Positions 1 through 12,395 of a stretch of 64,000 nt of DNA are shown one piece after another. Position 1 is the first letter of the stretch, and each line of letters begins with the position of its first letter. The notes beneath the pieces are model-generated. The model searched no databases and had not been told where the DNA came from. It saw only the letters and a list, made by a program, of their open reading frames with translations. Origin of the DNA: Malacoraja senta (lineage: Eukaryota). The stretch covers positions 1 to 64,000 of the forward strand of contig JAXLNO010001376.1 in assembly GCA_038087875.1 (NCBI GenBank), given 5' to 3'. The position numbers and the translations under genes were made by a program.

Positions 1-81
1 GTAGAGGCAAGTGTATTCTGGATGGCCCCAGTTGTTATTCACCCGCAGTTCAGTGAATTTGTAAACGGCAGCATCTTTATT
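1..81 (-). CDS. SUN-like gene, last coding exon (cut by window start)
   Basis: Acceptor ctttgtag| then NKDAAVYKFTELRVNNNWGHPEYTCLY, the C-terminal SUN signature. Confidence 0.95.
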
Positions 82-466
82 CTACAAAGCAAAAAAACAT
101 GATGACAGATCAGGGAACCTGTGCTTCAGTATGAAAGTACTGTACGCTGGAGAGAAGATGGATTAGCTACAAACCAGACTTCAAACATCCTGCTGATCAT
201 GGATTTCAGGACATTCTATTCAATTACATACAGCATTGATACAAGCATTTTATCATGGAAAAGGTACATGTTTTACAGAGGTAAAAGGGGAACATGGATC
301 TCAAATGACAGCAGGAAATACTGGAGCAACAGCTTTACTCCATGTAGCATCGTGGATGAGGAGAGAACATGCTTACTTACACAGGCTTGCTTTGTGGAAA
401 CTGACAAATTGTGAATAAAGTGGCCATGAAAAATAAACTTCTATTCTGGAAAGATAAAATGCTGGA

Positions 467-950
467 GTTCACAAGATTGATCCCTGGGATGGCGGGACTG
501 TCATATGGGAAAGATTGAAAAGACTAGGCTTGTATTCACTGGAGTTTAGAAGGATGAGAGGATATCTTATAGAAACATATTAAATTATACAAGGACTGGA
601 CAAGCTAGATGCAGGAAAAATGTTCCCAATGTTGGGCGAGTCCAGAACCAGGGGCCACAGACTTAGAATAAAGGGAGCTCATTTAAGAATGAGGTGAGAA
701 AAAAAATATCACCCAGGGAGTTGTGAATTTATGGAATTCCCTGCCACAGAGGGCAGTGGAGGCCAAGTCACTGGATGGATTTAAGAGAGAGTTAGATAGA
801 GCTCTGGGGGCTGGTGGAATCAAGGGCTATGGGAAGAAGGCAGGCACGGGATATTGATAAGGGACGATCAGCCATGATCACAATGAATGGCGGTGCTGGC
901 TCGAAGGGCTGAATGGCCTCCTCCTACACCTATTTTCTATGTTTCTATGT
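467..950 (+). mobile_element. CR1 LINE 3' fragment
   Basis: RT C-terminal tether region (IPGMAGLSY...GLYSLEFRRMR), typical 3' UTR and (ctatgttt) tail. Confidence 0.9.
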
Positions 951-1559
951 AATAACTCAGTGGGTCGGCAGCATTCCTGGACCTGCCTGACCTGCTGAGT
1001 TACTCCAGCATTTTGTGTCTTTCCTCGGTAAACCAGCATCTGCAGGTTCTTGTTTCTACAATCTGTAATCTGGATTGGTTCAGCAAGTTTGAAACTTGTA
1101 GATGCTTCAAGTAGATCAGCCACTGATCCAGCTCTCCTCAGTTTCCCTATCTCTGCATCTGAAAACATGTTTATCCTTGACCAGATTGTATGAATGGTCA
1201 ATTAAATAAAGTATCTCTGCCCACCTGCTGCCTGACCCGAGTATTTCTAGCATTGTGTTTCAGTCCTCCATCACCTACAGATTTGCAATTTTCTATTTGT
1301 AACTTGTCATTTGTTCCAGTCAATCCGATATTTCCGATAATACGTGTCTGAAGAAGGGTCTCGACCTGAAATGCTTCCCATTCCTTCTCTCCAAAGATGC
1401 TGCCTGTCCCACTGAGTTACTCCTGCATTTTGTGTTCATCTTCGTGTAAAGCATCTGCAGCATCAACATTTCCTTCTTACACACTGCGCTATTTGTAAAT
1501 CACAAACTCCTGACATACTTGCCCAATATATTTAATCTTCAGCAAAAGACACATGTGAG

Positions 1560-2480
1560 AGAACTTACTGACAGTCCATCTGATCCCTTGGGTCAGATCT
1601 TACAGTCAAGACCCATGAGTATTACTGAAGGGGGCTGCAAATCTGTTCAGTTGAGAAGGGATCAGCTGCAAGCAAGATTGGGGGAAGGGGGTTGGACAGG
1701 AATCTACAATAGGGCCTCCATTGTAAGTCTTAGCTGATCAGTGGCGCAGGAACTAGAAAGATTGGGGTTAGATCTAGGGGATCAAGAGGCCAGTACAGGG
1801 CCCACCTTAGGTTCCAACCAGTGTTGCATTGTGAATGGGAAAGAAATTGTGGAGAACAATACATCCAGAATGAAGGAGCTTGGGGAAATTAGCATTAGTA
1901 AAACAAAAAAGCATTGGGGGAAATAAAGCAACTAAAGATGATAAATCCCCATGGCTGGACAAACTGCATCTTAATATTTGAAAGATGGCTATAGCAACAG
2001 TGGTTGTCATCTTTCAAAATTCCATAAATGGTAGAACTTTCCCCACAAAACAGAAGGTAGCAAATTCCAGAAAGGAGGGAGATTAACAAAATGGAAAGTT
2101 TCAGATCAATCTGCCTTTTAGAGTTATGGAAAATAATGCAATCTATGAATACAGAAGTAGTAACATGTAGCTTCAAATAAATAGGCTGGGTAGGGTCAAA
2201 TTGATTTTCAATGACAAATGTTTGACAAATCCATTCAAGTTTTTTTTAAGGTTTAACAAGCAGGTGTAAGATGGTGTGTATTTAGACTTTCAGAAAGTGT
2301 CCAACTAAGTCCCATTAATAATTTGGACGAAGGGATCAAAATGTATGGAAGTTTGCTAACCAAAGCAGGGTGGCTGTGTGAGCTGAACAGGATTAGGAGA
2401 GGCTTCTTTGGATAATGACAGGTTAAATGAATGAGCAGGGACATGCAGATGAAATATCATGCAGAAAAATGGTTGGAAGA
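1560..2480 (+). mobile_element. Old, degraded CR1 RT fragment
   Basis: Decayed matches to KSPGPDGLHP, FKKG and YLDFQKAF motifs; boundaries approximate. Confidence 0.55.
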
Positions 2481-3388
2481 AACACAAAAAAGTATGTTCT
2501 TTATGACACAGTATCCTGGGCATGATCAACTTGGTTGAACGGCTGTGGTAATGCCCCAAAAGAAGAAAGAAGGACAACACCCTGCAAAGACCAATGTGGA
2601 GACCACATCAGATGCACAACAGGGACAATCACAGTAAATACTGCAGTTTCCAGAGTAAAAGGGATTTCAAGACACTGCATGAAAACATCACCGTGCCAGA
2701 ATTGCAAGCTTTAGTTGCCTTCACTTGAGTTCATCCCCATTCACTCACTGGTGGCTCCTGGATCATGTGATTGATCTTTGCCACCTTGATCTCCATTACT
2801 GGAATGAATCAGCTTGGCATTCTATAAAGCCTTTGCTTGAAGCAAATATGTTTTAAGTGAGAAAAGGGTGGCACGGAGGCGCAGCGGTAGAGTTGCTGCC
2901 TTACAACTCCGGGTTCCAGAGTTTGTATATTCTCCCCATGGGTTTTATAGACAATAGATAATAGACAATAGGTGCACGAGTAGGCCATTCGGCCCTTCGA
3001 GCCAGCACCGCCATTCAATGTGATCATGGCTGATCATTTTCTCCGAGATCTTCGGTTTCCTTCCACACCAAATACTGGTTTGTAGGTTAATTGTGTTGGT
3101 ATAAATGTCATTTGCCCTCGTGTGGGTCTTGTGAGTCTGTGGAATTCTCTGCCACAGAGCGCGCTTCTCTGGATACTTTCAAGAGAGAGGAAGATAGAGC
3201 TCTTGAAGATAGCGGAGTCAGGGGATATGAGGAGAAGGCAGGAAAAGGGTACTCATTGTGGATGATCAGCCATGATCACATTGAATGGCGGTGCTGGCTT
3301 GAATGGCCATATGGCCTACTCCTGCACCTATTGTCTATTGATAGTGTTAGTGTGCGGGGATTCCTGGTCGCTGGTCGGTGCGGACTAA

Positions 3389-4031
3389 GGGCCTGTCCCA
3401 CTTGGGCCGTCACTTACGCAACAGGCCGGTAGTGAAGGTCGCGCGATGGTCCCGTGAGAGTCGCGCGCGTCATCATGTGCCCGCACAGCCGTCTGGAGCA
3501 CGTGACGTCATTTGTAAATGGGCACAAAATGCAGGAGTAACTCAGCGGGACCGGCAGCATCACTGGAGAGAAGGAATAGATGATATTTTGGGTCGAGACC
3601 CTTCTTCAGTCTGAAAGAAGGGTCTTGACACGGAACGTCACTCATTCCTTCTCACCCAGAGATGCTGCCTGTCCCGCTGAGTTACTCCGGCATTTTATGT
3701 CTATCTTGAATCGTCTTGGCCCTGATCTGGGAGTAGAAGTGGGGGCGGATCTGGATCCGCAACGGCCGTGAGCCCCAGGCTGTGTTCGACGATCGTTTGC
3801 CTGCTTCTGCTGCTGTTGGAGGTGAGACGTTGCGTCGCGCAGGTTCTTGGGCCTGACCCACTTTGGCCATCAGTTACGTGACAGGCCGTTGGCGCGCGAA
3901 GATTTCGTGCAGGACGAAGTCCACAATCCTCCACACCACACCATGCGCCCGTCCCCGTGCTACCCACGTACTACCCACACGCTAGCAAGTCGCGTAAATG
4001 GCGCGCGAAAGACAGCCAGGTGGGACAACCC
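3389..4031. mobile_element. Non-autonomous TIR element (MITE-like), TTAA-flanked; Kolobok- or Harbinger-like
   Basis: ctaa|gggcctgtcccactt ... ggtgggacaaccc|ttaa; CpG-rich interior; internal second copy of the left end at about 3849; Penelope-derived repeat inserted at about 3505-3710. Confidence 0.65.
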
Positions 4032-4305
4032 TTAAGGGCCTGTTTCAGCACTGCATCTCTAAGCTAAACTAAAACATGGGTGAAGTCAGCACCAAAACTC
4101 AGAATCATAGTTCAAACACCAGTGAGCGAACTGTCAAATATTGGCACATGCCAGATTTTGGTTAACAGTTACTACATAGCAAAGTATATTTTTGTAAAAG
4201 ATAGATAAATATTTGAGACAAAGGAAAATAAAAGCTTGCAGGAAAAGGCCAAGGTTATAGGATTGTTCCAGCAAAGAATCAATGATCCTTTATTCACTTC
4301 CATAC

Positions 4306-4398
4306 CTGCACCTCAAACGTCTGGATTGAATCCCCTTCCTCGTTGTACGTGTATTGTCCCAATAGGATCCCTTCGGCTTGATTTTCATCATCCAAGCC
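4306..4398 (-). CDS. SUN-like gene exon (93 bp, phase 0-0)
   Basis: ttgttcacag|GLDDENQAEGILLGQYTYNEEGDSIQTFEVQ|gtatgg. Confidence 0.95.
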
Positions 4399-5337
4399 CT
4401 GTGAACAAGTAGAAATTAGCAAGCTTTACACACAGAAAATTACGCTCCAGTCACCCCAACTATTCTACCAGCTGACGAAAGCAGGACTTTCACCCTTGCC
4501 TGGAAGAAAGCTTCAAGATTCAAGATTCAAGTGAGTTTATTGTCATGTGTCCCTGATAGGACAATGAAATTCTTGCTTTGCTTCAGCACAACAGAACATA
4601 GTAGGCATTGACATAGTAGGCAAGACATTGGTTGAATATATAAAGTCATTTCATTTCAAACAGTCAATTTGAAAAATGACATCACCTCATTTAGCACATG
4701 AAGTGAATCTGTACACAATCAAACAGAATGAAACGATGCGTAGCATCAACTCTCATCTGTGGTAGAATCAGTGTGTCCCACCATAGGGGGCCTCGTCAGG
4801 CACCTCTATACCCACAGAACTAGAGTGGAAGCAAGTCATCCTCAATCCTGAGAGAATACCACTGAAGAATTGTTCACCCCCACTCAGGAAAGCACTTGGC
4901 ATAAAAATTGTCCCTAGTATGTGTAGGGTAGTGTTAACTTTAATCTCATCTATTGGTTGTAAAGTTGCTTCATCACTGTATGAAGCTTTTGTGGTTAGCA
5001 GTGTTGAGGATTGTGCAATAAAGTGACAAAACTCAGTGAAGACAGTGAAAACCCAGAACCACAGTTCAAACACCAGTATGAGCAACTTGTGTAGCATGGA
5101 AGATTGAAGATTATATTAGAGGGCCTTCTATTTGAGGGATTATTGTTCTGGACTGTGAAATGGAATTTGCTCATTTTTAACAGAACTTGTTAATGTTATT
5201 GACGTGGATTGTGAGACCACTCAGGACCCTGAACATGGAATCCAATGTCCAAGAAAGCCATGCCATGTTCAGCAGCATGCTCCACACAAACACCATGGTT
5301 CCCAAACATTCACTCATATTCTATACGTTTCACTCAC

Positions 5338-5505
5338 ATACACAGAGAAGTCTTGACGGGCACTTCTAATTGATGCACTCGGAGAAATTGATCTTGGAAT
5401 GTTATCTAGGGTAAAGGCTGTAGGCCTGATCCGGACAGCAAGCTCGATGACAAAAAAGCCTTGGGAGCCTTTAAATGGCCAACAGTTCCCAGGATGAACC
5501 TCCGG
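5338..5505 (-). CDS. SUN-like gene exon (168 bp, phase 0-0)
   Basis: tctcttgcag|PEVHPGNCWPFKGSQGFFVIELAVRIRPTAFTLDNIPRSISPSASIRSARQDFSVY|gtgagt. Confidence 0.97.
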
Positions 5506-5547
5506 CTGCAAGAGAGAACAAGAACAAAATAATTAGGAAAGATTCTT

Positions 5548-5820
5548 AGTTTTGTTTAGATATTCAGCGCAGAAACAGGAAATATTAACACTATCCTACC
5601 CACACTCGGGACAATTTTGTTTTACATTTACCAAGCCATATACCTACAAACCTGTACGTCTTTGGAGAGTTGAAGGAAACCAAAGATCTAGGAGAAAACC
5701 CACGCAGGTCACGGGGTGAACGTACAAACTCCGTACAGACATCACCTATAGTTGGGATCGAACCGGGGTCTCTGGCGCTGCAAGCGCTGTAAGGCAACAA
5801 TTCTACCACTGTGCTGCCCA
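5548..5820 (-). mobile_element. tRNA-derived SINE (elasmobranch HE1-like family)
   Basis: A-box/B-box head on minus strand (ggttcgatcccaac) and body shared with other copies. Other copies lie at approximately 2866-3385, 9042-9240, 15467-15612, 17461-17575, 29560-29880, 41543-41855, 44444-44735, 45912-46225, 46285-46570, 56955-57215 and 59378-59575. Confidence 0.85.
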
Positions 5821-7504
5821 CAATTCTCTACCCACAATTATCCCCCTTCCTTTCAACAGAACACTGATTTTTCCTACAGGGACAGCAAAGATTTGGATTT
5901 TTGGACACGATCCACATGAGGATATGAGGATACTTTCAGAATAATGAAAGGCATAGAGTGGATGTGGAAAAGATGTTTCCACTTGTGGGAGAGTCTTGGA
6001 CCAGACGACATAGGCTCAGAATTAAAGGGTGCGCCTTTAGAAATGAGGTGAGGAGGAACTTCATTACCACAGAGGGCTGTGGAGGCCAAGTCAGTGGATA
6101 TTTTTAAGGCAGAGATAGACCAATTCTTGATTAGAACGGGTGTCAATGGTATTTTGGGAACAGGGATGGGTTGTTGGGGTGGGGGTTGCTATGGCAGGAA
6201 TCTGCAGTCTCGACCCCTCAATGCTTTCTGCCAATTTACGTCAACCCTGCACAATGAGAAAACGCGCTACAATTTTCCAGCAGAGCCCATTGCTGCTCTC
6301 TCACCATTTACAAAGTATCAGGACAAGTACCTGAACCAGCAGGACCTCTGTCTCGGGTAGTGTGATCAAATGCAACCCAAAATATGCTTTCTCTGATTTC
6401 CTCTAAATCTTTCTTTGTTTTAAAACCTCAACCCTCTGGACTTAGGCACCTCTGTAAGCTACAGGCAAATGCTGGCAAATGGGATTAGTTGTATGGGTAC
6501 CTGATGGTTGAAGTGGACGTGTTGGCCACAAAGGGCCTGTTTCTGTGCTATATGCCTCCACAAGTGGATTTAAAAATCTGAACTCAATTGAAGATTTGAC
6601 AAACACACTGGCAATCTACATCCAGGTGGGAGGAATGGGGAGCAGAAAGTGTCAGAGTTTGGTTAAAGCAGATGGAAGGAGCCCACTTTTCCTTAAGGAA
6701 GGATATTTTTGCTATGGAGGGAACACATCAGAAGTGCAGCAGATTAACTGTAGGGATGGCAGAGCCGACGTATGAAGAACAATCTGGTCAATATTCACTG
6801 GAGTTTGGAAGGAATGATCATTTTATAGAAACCTACAACAAAGTTCTAACAGGACTGGAAAGATTCGAGGTAAGATGTTCCTGATGCTGGGGAGTTTCAG
6901 GACCAGGATCGCAGTGCGAGGATAAGGTGAGGTCATGTAGAACTCAGCGGGGGAGAAATCTCTTCATCCAGAGTGGTGAGCCAGAGGAATTCTCTATCAT
7001 GGAATGCAATTGAAATCAGATCGTTGAATATACTCATGAGTTAAATATTGTTCTTGTAGCTAGAGGGACCAAGATGTATGGGGATAAAGGTATGGGGAGT
7101 CCCCCAACTGGGGACACAATTTGGATGATCAGCCATTATCACACTGAGGGGTTGAGTGGGCGTGAAGGGCCACATTGCTTATTCCTGTTCATAATTTCCA
7201 TGTTTCTATTCCATATCCCACAACTGTGGTACTGAACAAGCACGCATGGTGGACCATTGCATGATTTTTTTTACATATATATCAATACCTTGCATTTTTC
7301 TGACTGGGAAGAACTGTTATGCAGACAGATTATGTTTCACATAAACCTGGGGAAAGCAGAAGACACACACTAGTTGTGGTGCCCCCAGCAGCAAATCTTG
7401 AAGCTGTGGACCTATAGCGTCCCTGTCCCTTGCTACCTCTAGGAGAGGATTCAAAGGTGACTGCTTTCAAGACAGAAGGGAGCAGCAGTACAAGGATTAT
7501 ATAC

Positions 7505-7620
7505 CATAATGACAGCTCTAGGTGAGTGAGATTGGTACAACAGTGGAAAGCCAAACAGAGTAAGAAGAGCAGTCTTGGTCTCTAACGTCTCTGTGCAGCG
7601 TGTGTGGATCACGCTGCCAC
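7505..7620 (-). CDS. SUN-like gene exon, KASH-lid region (116 bp, phase 1-0)
   Basis: ttttctcttgttag|(G)GSVIHTRCTETLETKTALLTLFGFPLLYQSHSPRAVIM|gtatat. Confidence 0.95.
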
Positions 7621-7933
7621 CTAACAAGAGAAAACAGAATCATTATCATATCACTGAATGGACAAAGTTAATCATGAATCCTTCAAGAAATATGCAGGTT
7701 TGCAGGGAACTGCAAAACTCTGGCAGAGGGATTGGAAAGTTTTTGCTTGAGTGCTGACCACTAAGAAGAACTTTCCAATTTGTCCAAGAACTCAACACAT
7801 CCAGCACAACTGCAGAAATAATTTAATGTTACAATCACAATTGTTTAAGTAAACTTCAAAGCTAATTTTCATACAATGTCCAACAGGTTGGAGCACAGAA
7901 TCCAGCTGAAACTTTCAATGCGCAGCTGAATGG

Positions 7934-7947
7934 CCACCAGGTGGCAG
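7934..7947 (+). promoter_or_regulatory. Candidate CTCF site
   Basis: CCACCAGGTGGCAG is an exact match to CCASYAGRKGGCRS and lies in non-repetitive intron sequence; motif only. Confidence 0.5.
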
Positions 7948-10104
7948 TGGTTGGATAAGTACCCTCCCAAATCTCAACCATTGACTTGCTCTCATCATTT
8001 TTCCATTCAATACAACTATAATAAACAAGGAGCTATTTTTGCAAAAATTAAGCACAATGAGAAAGATTTCTGTAACATAAAATGGGAGTAAAACTTCTAC
8101 CCGCTGACCAAGATATAAAAATATTGTTATTTGTGGGCAGTTAGCTGGGAACGTGTGCAACCAACGACTGCTGTCTGCATAGGTTCTTTTTCTCAATTAT
8201 ATAAAGTCATTTAGCATTACATCTGACCTAGTTTAGAGACTAACCAGAAAGGACAATTTATCTTGTAGAACATATATTTTAAAAATATTGTAGAACATAT
8301 ATTTACATCGCAGGAACAGGCCCTTTTGTCCCACTGTGTCTGCCTAACTCATCCCATCTGACTGGACATGGTCTACATCCCTCTACTCCCTGTCTGTACA
8401 TGTATCTGTCCAAATGCCTTTTAAAGATTACTATTGTATCTGCTTCCACCACCTCCCGACAACACACCTACAGCTGTGCAAGAAAAACTTGCCTCACACA
8501 TCTCCTTTAAACATCCCCCCTCTCACCTTAACTCTATGCCCTGGCGTATTTGACATTTCCACCTTGGGGAAAGACTGCCTCCTCCATCTATATATCTCTC
8601 ATAATTTTATATACTTCTATCAGGTCTCGTCTCAGCCTCTGATGCTCCGTTTGTCCAACCTCCCCTTATAGCTAATATTCTATTCTAACATTCTGTCTAA
8701 TCCAGGCAGCATCCTGGTCATTCTGCAGACGGCTGAAACCTAAAGTAGATCTTCAGCTTTCTACACAATTCCAATTGTCCAATGTTAGCTTGAGAAGAAC
8801 CAAGCTTCTATCCACATTTCAAACCATGAGCTTGTCTTCTTTTCTTGCACTTCTACAGGTGTTTAAGATTTCATTCGTCTACCACTAGTTGCATCTTCAC
8901 CGATCCAGCTGGTATCGACATTCATCTCAAATGTCTCCTGGTCTCCAGTCTATCTACTTTGTTCTCACTTTCTCTGCAACTTAAACTTTGCTTCACGGAA
9001 TAAAACTGGCCATCCAACAGTAGAGGGGAGCAATTAAATCAGGGCAGCACAGTGACGGATCGGTAGACCTCCTGCCTGACAGCACCAGAGACTTGGGTTT
9101 GATCCTGTCTACGGGTGCTGTCTGTACGGAGTTTGTACATTCTCCCTGTGACCACATGGGTTTTCTCCGGGTGCTCTTGTATCCTCCCACACTCCAAAGA
9201 TGTACAGGTTTGTAGGTTAATTGTAAGTTGTAAAATTGGCCAGAGGGCAGAATAAGACCCATCTTTTCTTCATACACATTAAATGACTTGGAGTTTCAGA
9301 TTTGCAGATGATACTGTGAACTGGGGATATTCATGGAATTGGAGGCAAATACAGAATATGGTTTGAACAGCTGTAATTCAAATGTGAAATATTTCATTTT
9401 GGGAGGAGGAATAAGGTAATGTAAACTAGAGGGCACAATTCTAAAAGGAGTGAAGAAACAACAGTGTCTCTGGAATGGGTGACGTTTCGGGTCGAGATCC
9501 TTCATCAGACCTTCACATCCTTCTTACACACGAGGGTGATATATGTGCCTAATTTACTGAAAGAAGAAAGTTTAGGATGTTGTTTAAAAACGCCTGTACT
9601 TTATAAATAACGGCTCAGGGTACAAGAGCAAAGAAGTGATGGGGAACTTTGTAAAGCACAGGCTTGGCCACAGCTGGAGTAGTGCATCCAGTCCTGGCTG
9701 CCTTGCCCTCAGAAAGGCATGAAGCTTCGGAGAGAGTGTACACGAGAGTAACCAATGTGTTTGAAGGGATGGTGGAGCAGTGGACAGAATAAAGATGGCC
9801 GATGGTGCCCCAGGGCAAGGCCATCCCACCGATGGCTCGGCCTTTAAATGAGTTGTGGCTGGCGCAACATCAAGCAGTTACAAGTTAAATTAACATTCAG
9901 CAGTGTGAACCTCAGCAGCTCTGGGGAAACCTGTACTGTCAACATAGATCTGTACTTGCCTATTCAGGACATATTGCCCAGTGTGAAAGAGACCCCATTC
10001 CACAGGAGCAAGTCAAATATGACTAAAGTGCCAGCCCACACAACACCCTTTCAGTCTGTTACATTCAGAGTTTTACTTGGCCCGGGCTTTTGTCTGATAC
10101 TTAC

Positions 10105-10189
10105 CTGCAGATTCCAGTGCATAATCCACCAATCCAACCCTGTCAGCGCTGTACAGTTTCAGGGCTTGCTCCACAATGCTTTTCACTTC
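10105..10189 (-). CDS. SUN-like gene exon (85 bp, phase 0-1)
   Basis: cctttggtag|EVKSIVEQALKLYSADRVGLVDYALESA(G)|gtaagt. Confidence 0.95.
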
Positions 10190-10559
10190 CTACCAAAGGA
10201 TAAAATAACAATAATCTGGGATAAGAAGGGGGCAGTAGAGGGCAATAGAGTGCAGAGCCCACACACATACAGAAACCAGACGGGCAATGCTCCCTTCAAC
10301 AGGTCCCACAAAATGATCCATCTTATCCATTCCCATAATCTGGAATTAGCAAGGTGTAATAAAAGTGAGCGATGGAGAGCCCAAGTTTACTGCATAGAAG
10401 GCAGCAGGATTATGTGACCAGGTCAATAATTATTACAATACATTGACATGGATAGGACAGGTTTGGAGGGATCTGGGGCAAACGCAGGCAGGTGGGACTA
10501 GTGTAGCTGGGACATGTTGGCCGGTGTTGACTTATGCAATGTTCCATTCAGTTTGACAT

Positions 10560-11160
10560 TGCCTTACTACCTGTCCTTCACAGAAAGGTTCCTGAAGAAA
10601 ACTACCTGTGACCACGTGATCAAGGTAGAACGAGTTACAGGCACTGTGGGAGAAGGACTCGATGGATCCCATCAGATGGCTCCCCAATCAGACAGAGGAA
10701 CTCGCCAACAGTAGTGTGAGGAGCCCTCCCAGTCAGACCCTGCCTGCTCTGTCAGAAAAGCACCCCACTGCACGCTGCCATTGAGATGGTTGTGGTGTGG
10801 ACAACATTCACCTCCTTATGCACTGGGTGTTTGACAGGAAGGTCAGAAGGAGAATGCAAGGGCTCTTGTCATGGTTCATCCTGTGCAGTTGTGCATCAGT
10901 GATCTAGGAACTGTTTACAGGGACACACAACAAGATACATTTCAACTGCAGCTGGAAGATCATTATCTCAGCGGAAGACTCACTTTGGTCTGCCCAAAAA
11001 TTGATCTTCCCGCATAAGATGTGGGTAAATGAATTGCTGCCGACTGGCACATTCCAGGGTGCGAGAGTATGTGGTGTGAGGGACACACTGAAGCTCAGTG
11101 CAGTGACCACAGAGGCTGTGGGGGAGTGGCCTTGGTCTAAGGTCCGGCCACCACTAGACA
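10560..11160 (+). mobile_element. Degraded Tx1-like (L1 clade) ORF2 C-terminal remnant
   Basis: Frameshifted match to KDALWSARN...CCRLAHSRVREYVLRDTLKL; boundaries approximate. Confidence 0.5.
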
Positions 11161-11287
11161 CTGAGGGACTCTCAGACACTTCATAGGAGCACTGTTGAAG
11201 GATGTGGTGTTCATTGACACATTGCAAGCGAAAGTGCTGAATTGATGGAACGTAGAGCAAGACATGCCCCAATTTCATTACTATATA

Positions 11288-12104
11288 TCTATATAATTAA
11301 AAGTCTCATCTTGACCACTTCCTGTTTGCACTGCATATTGATTTTAGAAAAAACGCTACCACTTACGGTTGTGATTTTTAGTCATCTTACTCAGAGTCCC
11401 CTTCCGCTGCACAGGGCAAGAGGATTTTTCCCATCGATGAAAAATAAAAGAGTTATTTGTGTTTAAAAAATGTTGAGATTCTCTCTCCTTTCAATCACTG
11501 CCATGAAGGCCACGCCCCTTCTGGTGTGAGGGGGAGGGACTATAAAACTCGGAACTGTGGGAATGGCTCAGTCTCTGCAAGATGGGGGAGGGAGAGGTCA
11601 CCTTGGTTGCCTTGCACCCTGCTTGAAATGGTAACCATATAACCATAACAGCACGGAAACAGGCCATCTTGGCCCTAGGAAACTGCTTTTCAATTTGGTG
11701 GCCTTGCACCCTGCTTGAAATGGTAGGAAACTGCATTTGAATTTGGTGGCCTTGCTCTCTGCTTGAAATAGTAGGAAACTTCATTTGAATTTGGTGGCCT
11801 GCACTCTGCTTGAAATGGAATTTAAAGGAATAGCCTCGAGTCAACTGCCAGTCCACCAGCCGTGAGTGAGTGAGCTGCCAGCACACCAGGCTTGAGTGAC
11901 TGAGCTGCCAGCCCAATAATCTATTCGGCCCACAATGTCCATACTAGCCCTTTGGAAACCAGTCCCTTCAGCCCACAACACCCAGAAAGCCCCTCCCCCT
12001 CCCACCGGCCACCAATATTAGAATTGGTGGAGAGGTGGAATATTGCATTGGTGGACCAGCCCTCCCGTGTGAACATGGGACCCAACGGGACCCACTTAGT
12101 CTAG
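11288..12104 (+). mobile_element. Non-autonomous Helitron (817 bp)
   Basis: a|TCTATATAATTAAAAG 5' end; subterminal hairpin gggaccc-aac-gggaccc (1 mismatch); 3' CTAG|t; inserted between A and T with no TSD; internal ~48-bp tandem units. Confidence 0.8.
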
Positions 12105-12182
12105 TATTATCAATAAATTACATTTCTGAAATACAATGATGTGTTCCAGAGTTAGAGCCACTGGCTGCTTGCATGCTTGTAC

Positions 12183-12395
12183 CTTAATAATCCCTGCTCT
12201 GACAGCTGCCGAGTGTGTCTCCATTGCCGGACGAGGATAAAGTGATGCATCTGAGAGGATCTTCTTCTCCAAGCCAGCGAGGAGGGCCTCGAGTTCCTTG
12301 TGATGCACCAGCTATTCTGTCAGTGGTTCCCCTGTGCTGTCTTGTGATGAACTGAAGAGCAGCTTGTGGACAAGTGGGAGCAATGCCGTCTCCTT
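12183..12395 (-). CDS. SUN-like gene coiled-coil exon (213 bp, phase 0-0) with in-frame TAG
   Basis: ctcttgtgtgtttag|KETALLPLVHKLLFSSSQDSTGEPLTE*LVHHKELEALLAGLEKKILSDASLYPRPAMETHSAAVRAGIIK|gtacaa; resembles the SUN1 segment KLLFS...LQTMLRDLQLQIL. Confidence 0.8.

Noticed and set aside
6330-6449. Possible SUN KASH-lid exon (..YFGLHLITLPETEVLLVQ|gt)
   Set aside because: Upstream stops in all frames and no pyrimidine tract; the true exon is at 7505-7620
7443-7521. Apparent plus-strand exon (ctctag|...|gtgagt) and minus ORF 7330-7554 with a hydrophobic stretch
   Set aside because: Overlaps the real minus-strand SUN exon in another frame or strand; no partner exons or homology
9848-10417. 189-aa plus-strand ORF
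   Set aside because: Antisense shadow spanning the SUN exon at 10105-10189 and intron; no recognisable motifs
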